NCBI GenBank assembly: GCA_038217285.1
Contig: JBBQPO010000123.1
Coordinates: forward strand, 1 to 17,135
DNA: 17,135 nt
Reading direction: 5' to 3'
Source of the DNA: Chthonomonadales bacterium
Lineage (GTDB): Bacteria > Armatimonadota > Chthonomonadetes > Chthonomonadales > Chthonomonadaceae
A program made the translations under genes and the position numbers. Under the pieces are notes generated by a model, which was not told the origin of the DNA, did not search any database, and saw only the letters and a list, made by a program, of their open reading frames with translations. Of the stretch, positions 1 to 7,324 are shown one piece after another (position 1 is the first letter of the stretch; the number at the start of each line of letters is the position of its first letter).

Positions 1-570
1 CTGCTGCCCGTGAAAGTCCTCGATAGCGATGGATCGGGAGGCCTGGGGGCTACGACCGAGGGAATTCGCTACGCCATATCCCGGGGCGCCAAAGTAATCA
101 ATATGTCTTTTGGCTCTCCGCAAGACTCGCCGGTTCTGCGGGAAGCCATTTCGGATGCCTGGAATGCGGGGATCGTGATCGTGACCGCCGCAGGAAACAA
201 CAACTCCTCCACCCAGCAGTATCCCGCTGGGAACGGTATCACCCTCTCGGTCGGCTCGCTTGATGCCAATGACATCAAGGCTTCATTCTCGAACTACGGT
301 ACCTGGATGGATGTGGTCGCGCCCGGTGTCGGACTGCCCAGTACCTTCTGGAACGGCAACTACGCCGCCTGGTCGGGAACCTCCTTCTCCGCTCCGCTGG
401 TCTCCGCCGAGGCAGCGCTGATCTTCTCGGCGCAGCCGACCTGGCTGGCCGGACGGGTTCGCCAGCGAATCCGGGCCAAAGTCGACTCGGTTGACAGTCT
501 GAATGTGCCCTATACCGGCCTGCTCGGCAAGGGAATCATCGACATGGACGCCGCCCTCTACGGCCTCTAA
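1..570 (+). CDS. S8 (subtilisin/thermitase-like) serine peptidase, C-terminal part; gene starts upstream of the window
   Basis: Frame is open from base 1 (LLPVKVLDSDGSG). Motifs: VINMSFG, AAGN oxyanion hole, FSNYG, DVVAPG, catalytic Ser motif SGTSFSAPLVS. Stop TAA at 568-570. Confidence 0.93.
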   Translation: MLPVKVLDSDGSGGLGATTEGIRYAISRGAKVINMSFGSPQDSPVLREAISDAWNAGIVIVTAAGNNNSSTQQYPAGNGITLSVGSLDANDIKASFSNYGTWMDVVAPGVGLPSTFWNGNYAAWSGTSFSAPLVSAEAALIFSAQPTWLAGRVRQRIRAKVDSVDSLNVPYTGLLGKGIIDMDAALYGL

Positions 571-602
571 ACTCTACGCGGCACTGTCCGCGCTCTGCCA
601 GG

Positions 603-646
603 AGCCCCGCAGCCTCTTCTCAAAGAACAAGGCTGCGGGGCTTCTT
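603..646 (+). terminator. Probable intrinsic terminator after the S8 gene
   Basis: Perfect 13-bp stem AGCCCCGCAGCCT (603-615) / AGGCTGCGGGGCT (630-642), followed by a short T-rich tail (TCTT). Confidence 0.7.
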
Positions 647-727
647 ACATGCCGCCCTCCTGTCGTGCAGGCTTTGTGATGGCACGACGCGCCGACAAGA
701 GAAAATAGGGAAACAAACGCGGGTTCA

Positions 728-736
728 TGCTATCAT
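728..736 (+). promoter_or_regulatory. Possible extended -10 promoter for the DUF1553 gene
   Basis: TGcTATCAT about 60 nt upstream of the ATG at 799. AGGAG Shine-Dalgarno at 782-786. Confidence 0.35.
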
Positions 737-798
737 ACTAAAGAAGAGATACGGCGCCGATAGCGAGGCATGGCAGCGAGCAGGAGAACGAAACCTTT

Positions 799-3330
799 AT
801 GAAACGGATGGGAAATATTGCCACCGGCTGGATATTGAGCGCAGGCGCGGGAGCGCTGTTTGCCGGGATGGTTCTGGCTGCCGGCGGTCAACAGACCAAA
901 GGCGTTCCGCCGAAGCCGCCCGTGAACGCTCCGCAGGATACGGAGTTTTTCGAAACCAAAATACGTCCCGTCCTGTTTGAGAAATGTTTTAGTTGCCATG
1001 GGAAGAAAGCCCAGCAGGGAGGGCTGCGCCTCGACTCGCTGGCCGCCATGCAGCGCGGTGGGGGCAGCGGCATGGCGGCGGTGATACCGGGTGATCCCGG
1101 CAAGAGTAACCTCATTAAAGCGGTGCACTACGATACGGCCCTGAAAATGCCGCCGGCCGGGAAGCTGAAACCCGACGAGATCGCGGCCCTGGCGGAGTGG
1201 GTGCAGCGCGGAGCGCACTGGCCTGGAGAGCAGGCGCCCGTCGCCCCTCCCGCCAACGGCGACTATGTGCTGACCGACGCGCAGAAGAGTTTCTGGTCGT
1301 TCAAACCGTTCAAACGTTCGCCTCTGCCCACCGTAAAGAATGCAGCTTGGTGCAAGACGCCTGTGGATCGCTTCATTCTTGCGAAGCTGGAAGCCAAAGG
1401 CCTGAAACCCGCGCCCTATGCGGACCGCAGAACCCTGATCCGACGCGCCAACTTCGATCTTATAGGCCTGCCGCCTACCCCTGCCGAGGTGGATGCCTTC
1501 GTCAACGATACCGCGCCCGATGCCTTCGCAAAAGTCGTCGACAGACTGCTGGCCGACCCGCGCTACGGCGAACGCTGGGGGCGGCACTGGCTGGATGTCG
1601 CGCGATATGCCGACAACAAAGGCTATGTCTTTACGGAGGATAAGGAGTATCACTACGCCTACACCTACCGCGACTACGTGATTCGCGCCTTCAACACCGA
1701 CCTGCCGTATGATCGCTTCGTGACCCAGCAGTTGGCCGCAGACCGCCTGCCGCAGGGAGATGACAGAAGCAGTCTCGCCGCGCTCGGATTTCTCACCGTC
1801 GGCCGCCGCTTTTTGAACGACCAGGCGGCGATAATCGACGACCGCATCGACGTCACCTGCCGGGGGCTGATGGGGCTGACGGTCGCCTGCGCCCGCTGCC
1901 ACAACCACAAATTCGATCCGATTCCCAACAAAGACTACTACTCGCTCTACGGCGTTTTCGCCAGCTCCTACGAGCCGAATCCGCCCGTGGTCATCTCGCC
2001 GAAGTCGGTGGCGGAGCCCTTCGAGAAGCAGAACAACCAGAGGGTCGCCCTGCAGAAGCAGGTCGACGATCTGATACTGGCGCAGACCGTGCTGCTGCGC
2101 AAAAAGCTGGAACAGACCCTGACCGCCGTTCCTGCGGAGAACGCGAAGGTGCTGCAGGCGCTGCGGATAGGCGCTCTGCCGGACGGCAATCAGGTCAAGA
2201 AGCTCGTGGTGAGCTTCGAACCGGCGGCCGTGGAGACGATGCGTGGGCTGAACGACAAGATTGCGGAACTGAAGAAGACCATGCCGCCCGCGCCCGAGAT
2301 GGGCATGGCGATGCTGGATTCGGACAAGCCGTTCGATCCTTATGTCTTTATCCGCGGCAACGCCGGCAATCGTGGGGACAGTGTGCCGCGCCGCTTCCTA
2401 CAGATTCTTACCGGGCCAGATCGCAAGCCGTTTACACAGGGTAGCGGTCGCCTGGAACTCGCTGAATCCATCGCCAGTCCGACCAACCCGCTGACCGCGC
2501 GTGTGCTGGTCAACCGCGTCTGGCTGGGCCATTTCGGCTTCGGGATCGTGCGCACTCCCAGCGACTTCGGCTTCCGGGGCGAGCCGCCCACACATCCGGA
2601 ACTGCTCGACTGGCTGGCTTCCGAATTCGTCGCGCCGGAGGGGCTGGGCGACAAGTACGCCTGCGGCTGGTCGATCAAACGCCTGCATCGGCTGATGCTG
2701 CTCTCCAGCGCCTGGCAGCAGAGCAGCGAGGGCGACCCGCACAAGGCGCTCGTCGATCCGGAGAACCGTCTGCTGGCGCATCAGAATCGACAGCGCCTCG
2801 ATCTCGAAGCGATGCGGGACTCGCTGCTGGCCGTCTCCGGGGATATGGATGCGAAGATCGGCGGCCCTGCGGTGGAGTTGACGACGGCTCCGTATACCAA
2901 ACGCCGCACGGTCTACGGCTACATCGACCGCGCCAACCTGCAGAACTTCTATCGGTCGTTCGACTTTGCCAGTCCGGACGCGAGCAGCGCCCAGCGTTAC
3001 CATACCACCGTGCCGCAGCAAGCGCTCTATATGATGAACAGTCCGTTCGTCGTGGAAGAGGCGAAGGCTCTGCTGCATCGTCCGGAGGTTGTGGCCGCCA
3101 AAGACGATGCCCAGCGTATCCGCACACTCTACCGTCTGCTCTATCAGCGGGTGCCTGCCCCGGACGAGACGGCCGCAGGTCTCAACTTCCTCAAAGCCGT
3201 CGGGGAGATAAGGCCTTCGCAGATAGCGCTCGCCTCGGCTTCCTCAGCTCCGGTCGCTGCGGGCCTCTCCCCCTGGGAGGAGTATGCGCAGACCCTGCTG
3301 ATGACCAACGAGTTCAACTTCGTGGACTGA
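799..3330 (+). CDS. Planctomycete cytochrome c (PSCyt1) + DUF1549 (PSCyt2) + DUF1553 (PSD1) protein, secreted
   Basis: N-terminal signal peptide. [18 protein letters not shown] (CxxCH) and GGLRLD. DUF1549 motifs [50 protein letters not shown]1553 motifs [50 protein letters not shown]-terminal TNEFNFVD. Confidence 0.95.
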   Translation: MKRMGNIATGWILSAGAGALFAGMVLAAGGQQTKGVPPKPPVNAPQDTEFFETKIRPVLFEKCFSCHGKKAQQGGLRLDSLAAMQRGGGSGMAAVIPGDPGKSNLIKAVHYDTALKMPPAGKLKPDEIAALAEWVQRGAHWPGEQAPVAPPANGDYVLTDAQKSFWSFKPFKRSPLPTVKNAAWCKTPVDRFILAKLEAKGLKPAPYADRRTLIRRANFDLIGLPPTPAEVDAFVNDTAPDAFAKVVDRLLADPRYGERWGRHWLDVARYADNKGYVFTEDKEYHYAYTYRDYVIRAFNTDLPYDRFVTQQLAADRLPQGDDRSSLAALGFLTVGRRFLNDQAAIIDDRIDVTCRGLMGLTVACARCHNHKFDPIPNKDYYSLYGVFASSYEPNPPVVISPKSVAEPFEKQNNQRVALQKQVDDLILAQTVLLRKKLEQTLTAVPAENAKVLQALRIGALPDGNQVKKLVVSFEPAAVETMRGLNDKIAELKKTMPPAPEMGMAMLDSDKPFDPYVFIRGNAGNRGDSVPRRFLQILTGPDRKPFTQGSGRLELAESIASPTNPLTARVLVNRVWLGHFGFGIVRTPSDFGFRGEPPTHPELLDWLASEFVAPEGLGDKYACGWSIKRLHRLMLLSSAWQQSSEGDPHKALVDPENRLLAHQNRQRLDLEAMRDSLLAVSGDMDAKIGGPAVELTTAPYTKRRTVYGYIDRANLQNFYRSFDFASPDASSAQRYHTTVPQQALYMMNSPFVVEEAKALLHRPEVVAAKDDAQRIRTLYRLLYQRVPAPDETAAGLNFLKAVGEIRPSQIALASASSAPVAAGLSPWEEYAQTLLMTNEFNFVD

Positions 3331-3401
3331 TCATCGGCAGCCTCATGCTGCGCGCGAGGGAGATGCCACGGGCTCCCCTTCGTGGCAGGAACGAGCCAGA
3401 C

Positions 3402-3450
3402 AAAATGAGAGGACGTCTCGCCTGTGGGTCTGCACAGGGAGCGTCCTCTT
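3402..3450. terminator. Hairpin between the convergent DUF1553 and csp genes; probable terminator
   Basis: AGAGGACG (3408-3415) / CGTCCTCT (3442-3449) with inner CCTGTG/CACAGG. The minus strand continues with CATTTT. Confidence 0.5.
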
Positions 3451-3509
3451 CGTCTGCCGTGTCGTCGTGATTTTACGCTGAAGCGTGCAATCGAGTGATT
3501 GCCGGCGGG

Positions 3510-3722
3510 TTAGTTTGCCGGGAGAGAGACATTGGCGGCCTGACGTCCTTTGTCCGTGTTAATGGACTCGTAGACGACCGCCTGGCCCTCACGCAGCGAC
3601 TTGAAACCGGTCATGGTGATGACCGAGTAGTGAACGAATACGTCCACTCCATCTTCAGCTTCAATGAAGCCATACCCCTTGGCGTCATTGAACCACTTCA
3701 CTTTCCCCGTTGTCGTTTCCAT
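3510..3722 (-). CDS. Cold-shock domain protein (CspA family)
   Basis: [20 protein letters not shown] (RNP1), DVFVHYS (RNP2), [17 protein letters not shown]. Start moved to ATG 3722 because AGGAG lies just upstream. Confidence 0.96.
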   Translation of the reverse strand: METTTGKVKWFNDAKGYGFIEAEDGVDVFVHYSVITMTGFKSLREGQAVVYESINTDKGRQAANVSLPAN

Positions 3723-3878
3723 TACTGCTTCTCCTTCATACATCACCCGCCAGAAAGCGGGCTACAACGTGCCGGGATCGTTGTCCCGACCTTAGACGAC
3801 ACCGAACATAATCAGCCTCGATAGCGGTAGCACCCACCCCCTGGGCTGGTTCGGAACAATCCCACAAAATCTGAGCCT

Positions 3879-3895
3879 TGCATGAACCGTGCCAA
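3879..3895 (-). promoter_or_regulatory. Sigma-54 (-24/-12) promoter upstream of the csp gene
   Basis: Minus strand TTGGCACGGTTCATGCA has GG-N10-GC spacing and one mismatch to TGGCACG-N4-TTGCW. It is intergenic and oriented toward csp. Confidence 0.65.
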
Positions 3896-3983
3896 CATGG
3901 GCAAAAAGGCGAATAATCACAAGAATTCCGCATAATATTTGGGATTGGCCTGGTTTTGCTGGCTTTGGCCGTGCTTTGAGCGC

Positions 3984-4017
3984 AAAATGCCCCGTGAGAA
4001 AATTTCTCACGGGGCAT
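3984..4017 (-). terminator. Intrinsic terminator of the rplU-rpmA operon
   Basis: Perfect 15-bp inverted repeat ATGCCCCGTGAGAAA (3987-4001) / TTTCTCACGGGGCAT (4003-4017), followed by a T run on the minus strand, about 40 nt after the rpmA stop. Confidence 0.75.
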
Positions 4018-4055
4018 CGCGATCCAGGAATATGGCCTTCCAAACCGGGACTGTA

Positions 4056-4352
4056 TCAGGCGGCGGCTTCAGCGGCGGGAGCTTCAACGGGAGCGACAAC
4101 GGGCACCGGATAGACGCTGACGCGCCGTCGTTTCTTGGCGCCCTCGAAGGTGACGACGCCATCGATCAGCGAGAACAGTGTGTAGTCACGGCCCATGCCG
4201 ACGTTGACGCCGGGGTGCAGAGGCGTCCCGCACTGGCGTACCAGAATGTAGCCTGCCTTCACGACCTGACCGCCGTACTGCTTGACGCCCCGTCGCTGGG
4301 GATTACTGTCGCGACCGTTGCGCGAACTTCCCACGCCCTTTTTATGTGCCAT
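4056..4352 (-). CDS. rpmA: 50S ribosomal protein L27
   Basis: [37 protein letters not shown]. Lies downstream of rplU. Has a short Pro/Ala/Glu-rich C-terminal tail. Confidence 0.98.
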   Translation of the reverse strand: MAHKKGVGSSRNGRDSNPQRRGVKQYGGQVVKAGYILVRQCGTPLHPGVNVGMGRDYTLFSLIDGVVTFEGAKKRRRVSVYPVPVVAPVEAPAAEAAA

Positions 4353-4391
4353 CGTCTGTATCTCCTCGAAAAAAGTGTGCGCGAATGCGGC

Positions 4392-4703
4392 CTAACCCTC
4401 GATGCTGGTGATCTGGAGTTTGGTCTGCGACTGGCGGTGTCCGTAGCGGTGATGCTGGCCCTTCTTCGGGCGATACGTAAAGCCGTTGATCTTCTTACCC
4501 CGGCTCTGTTCCAGAATGGTCGCGATGACTTTGACACCGGTAAGGGTGGGCGCGCCAACGCGCATTCCGGCGTCATTACTGAGCATCAGCACTTCGGTCA
4601 ATTCGACCGTCGTCGCAAGATCTCCGATCAGCTTCTCTACCGTGATCGTTTTGCCTTCGGCGACCTTGTACTGTTTGCCGCCTGTTTTGATGATAGCGTA
4701 CAT
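4392..4703 (-). CDS. rplU: 50S ribosomal protein L21
   Basis: [22 protein letters not shown]; 103 aa; canonical rplU-rpmA order. Confidence 0.98.
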   Translation of the reverse strand: MYAIIKTGGKQYKVAEGKTITVEKLIGDLATTVELTEVLMLSNDAGMRVGAPTLTGVKVIATILEQSRGKKINGFTYRPKKGQHHRYGHRQSQTKLQITSIEG

Positions 4704-4827
4704 GAAAACTCTCTCCCTGACGCTGCTTTCCAGCGAAAAAATGCTTTTTGCGTGATGGCGACGACCGGCCGCAGCCTATCGCCGCGTCAGGCACAAAAAA
4801 ACCTGACCCTGTGTCAGCCAGCGTTGA

Positions 4828-4857
4828 AATATACCACATCCAGCGCCCCAGTGTCAA
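4828..4857 (-). promoter_or_regulatory. Sigma-70 promoter of rplU-rpmA
   Basis: Minus strand TTGACA (4857-4852), 18-nt spacer, then TATATT (4833-4828) with an extended-10 TG. Confidence 0.7.
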
Positions 4858-4970
4858 GGCATAATCTGCAAACGCAGGCAGGAGAAGTGTAACCCGGTGT
4901 GGAATCCATCGTCCATACAAATGTCAGGCATCGACATCTCCCGGTATCGACGGGCGAAGGAGTTACGAAC

Positions 4971-6206
4971 ATGGCGGAACGAGACGACCACACCAGCACC
5001 GACACCCCCGGCGCGCTCTCGCGGCGGGACCTCCTACGAACCGGAACGGCGCTCGGCGCGGCGGGCGTCCTGAGCGCTGGAATGGCCGGGTACGCCGACC
5101 CGCCCCTGGCGGAGAAAAAGCCCGCCATGCCGATGGCGATGCTGGGAAAGACCGGCATGAAAGTCTCGCGGCTGTCGCATGGCGGCTCCTGGGACATCGA
5201 TCCCGAGGTGTTGAGCGTTGGCTTCGAGGCGGGCATCAACTATATCGACACTGCGGAAGGGTATAGGGGCGGTCAGAGCGAGCGGGCTATCGGCGAGTTC
5301 CTCAAGAGCCGTGGCGCAACCGGGCACAGTGAGGCCCGCAAGAGACTCTGGCTGGTCAGCAAGACCCACCGTCACCGCGATCTGGAGAAGCATCTGCAGC
5401 CCTCGCTCGACCGCCTGCAACAGGACTATGTGGACGCCTTCTATATGCATCAGGTGCAGGACGCAAAACTGCTGACCGACCCGGAGATCAAAGCGACGGC
5501 AGCCCGACTGAAAAAATCCGGCAAGACCCGCTTCTTCGGCTTCTCCACGCACGACGATACCGTCGTGGAGTGTCTGAACGCGGCGGCGGAGAGCGACTTC
5601 ATCGATGTCATTATGTTCCGCTACGACTGCCACTACTACAAGCGCGATGATCTGGAGAAGGCGATGGATCGCTGCTTCAAAAAAGGCATCGGACTCGTCG
5701 CCATGAAGACGCAAGTCGGAGGCATGACCCTGCCGGACAAGTTCGACCCGTTCCGCAAGCGCGGCCTCAATCAGCATCAAGCGGCGATCAAGGCCGTGGC
5801 CGTGGACGACCGCATCGCGTCGATCTGCTCGGAGATGACCAATATCGACCATGTCAAACAGAACGCCGAAGCTGTGGCCAGTAAACTGACCCTCGCGGAG
5901 GCGCAGGCCATTCAGGAGCACTCCCGCCTCGTCAGTCATCTCTGGTGTCGGGGCTGCGATCATCTCTGCAAGGCGGCCAGCGGCGCAGGCGCGAATCTCG
6001 CTGTCGCCGACAGCCTGCGTTTCCTGATGTATCACGACCATTACGGCAAGCCCGAGCATGCCCGCGACCTCTTCGCACAACTGCCCGCCGCCCAGCGCGA
6101 TCTCGCGGCTCTGGAGGAGGCGGACTGGCACGGGGCAGAAGCTGCCTGCCCGTACAAAGTTCCTCTCACAAAACTCATGCCGCGTGTGCGTGAGCGCCTG
6201 GCCTGA
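4971..6206 (+). CDS. Aldo/keto reductase with a twin-arginine signal and a C-terminal Cys (Fe-S-type) motif
   Basis: SRRDLL followed by a hydrophobic stretch. LGKTGMKVSRL, GINYIDTAEGY, SK, SLDRLQQDYVD...H, GIGLVAMK. C-terminal CRGCDHLC...CP. ATG 4971 follows an AAGGAG RBS. Confidence 0.9.
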   Translation: MAERDDHTSTDTPGALSRRDLLRTGTALGAAGVLSAGMAGYADPPLAEKKPAMPMAMLGKTGMKVSRLSHGGSWDIDPEVLSVGFEAGINYIDTAEGYRGGQSERAIGEFLKSRGATGHSEARKRLWLVSKTHRHRDLEKHLQPSLDRLQQDYVDAFYMHQVQDAKLLTDPEIKATAARLKKSGKTRFFGFSTHDDTVVECLNAAAESDFIDVIMFRYDCHYYKRDDLEKAMDRCFKKGIGLVAMKTQVGGMTLPDKFDPFRKRGLNQHQAAIKAVAVDDRIASICSEMTNIDHVKQNAEAVASKLTLAEAQAIQEHSRLVSHLWCRGCDHLCKAASGAGANLAVADSLRFLMYHDHYGKPEHARDLFAQLPAAQRDLAALEEADWHGAEAACPYKVPLTKLMPRVRERLA

Positions 6207-6282
6207 ACGGAGGAGCGTCAGGCCGGACGCAGAGTTCGGCTTGACGCCGCGACTACAAACAACGGAAGAGGGACACAAAGTA

Positions 6283-7305
6283 GTGAAGATACTTATCATT
6301 GGAGGAACGGGGCTGATCAGCACCGCGATCACCACTCAACTCCTGGCGCGTGGTGACGAGGTCACGCTCTACAACCGGGGCAAAAGCGAAGCGCGCATTC
6401 CGGACGGCGCGACGTTTCTGCATGGCGACCGCAAAGAGTATGCGGCGTTCGAGGCGCAGATGGCGGTGGCCGGACATTTCGACGCCGTCATGGATATGGT
6501 CGGGTTCGGCCCGGACGATGCCGAAAGCGTCGTGCGGGCGTTCAAGGGACGCATAGGACATTTCCTCTTCTGCAGCACCGTCTGTGTCTATGGCGGACCT
6601 GCCTCCCGCTATCCCATCCATGAAGACGAGCCGCGCCGCCCCATCGGAGGCTACGGCGCGAACAAGGGCAAGTGCGAGGACATTCTGCTGGCGGCGGGCG
6701 AGCGAGGCGACTTTCCGGTAACGGTGCTGCGACCTTCGCAGACCTATGGAGAGGGCGGCACGATCGTACATTCGTTTGGCGGACGCACCTCCTACCTGGA
6801 CCGCATCCGCAAAGGCAAGCCGATCGTGGTGCATGGGGATGGCTCATGCCTCTGGGCGGCCTGCCATATCGAAGATGTAGGGCGTGGCTTCGTCGGGGCC
6901 GCAGGCAACCCGAAGGCGTTCGGCAAATGCTACAACCTGACGGGCGAAGAGTGGATGACCTGGAACCGCTATCATGAGGGGGTCGCCGAGGCCCTGGAGG
7001 CGCCCAAACCCACGCTCGTCCACATCCCGACCGACCTGCTGGCCCGCGTCGCGCCGCGCCGCGCCGGAATCAGCATCGATATCTTCCAGTACCCCAGTAT
7101 CTTCGACAACTCTGCCGCCATCGCGGATCTCGGCTTCCGCTATACGATTCCCTGGGTCGAAGGGGTGCGTCGTACCGTCGCATGGCTCGATTCACGCGGT
7201 AAAATCGAAAACAGCGACGACGATCCGTTCGATGACCGTCTGATCGCCGCCTGGCACAAGCATACCGCGAGTATGGCCGAGGACCTGACCGGCCTCGACA
7301 GTTGA
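6283..7305 (+). CDS. NAD-dependent epimerase/dehydratase (extended/atypical SDR)
   Basis: KILIIGGTGLIS Rossmann motif, YNRG, GDR, CSTVCVYG, YGANK (YxxxK), LRPSQTYG. GTG start at 6283 follows GAAGAGGG. Confidence 0.9.
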   Translation: MKILIIGGTGLISTAITTQLLARGDEVTLYNRGKSEARIPDGATFLHGDRKEYAAFEAQMAVAGHFDAVMDMVGFGPDDAESVVRAFKGRIGHFLFCSTVCVYGGPASRYPIHEDEPRRPIGGYGANKGKCEDILLAAGERGDFPVTVLRPSQTYGEGGTIVHSFGGRTSYLDRIRKGKPIVVHGDGSCLWAACHIEDVGRGFVGAAGNPKAFGKCYNLTGEEWMTWNRYHEGVAEALEAPKPTLVHIPTDLLARVAPRRAGISIDIFQYPSIFDNSAAIADLGFRYTIPWVEGVRRTVAWLDSRGKIENSDDDPFDDRLIAAWHKHTASMAEDLTGLDS

Positions 7306-7324
7306 TCGATTCTCCGCTCCCTGT

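Noticed and set aside
680-696. TGGCACG upstream of the DUF1553 gene as a sigma-54 promoter
   Set aside because: There is no GC at the -12 position. The motif is one arm of a small GTCGTGC/GCACGAC hairpin.
733-1908. Long minus-strand ORF (also 2398-3078, 5034-6335, 3939-4892, 9642-10853, 11305-12366)
   Set aside because: These are antisense shadows of well-supported genes, expected with high-GC codon bias, and show no recognisable motifs.
4353-4391. Missing prp (ribosomal-processing protease) gene between rplU and rpmA
   Set aside because: This is normal. L27 starts directly at MAHKK with no N-terminal extension to cleave.
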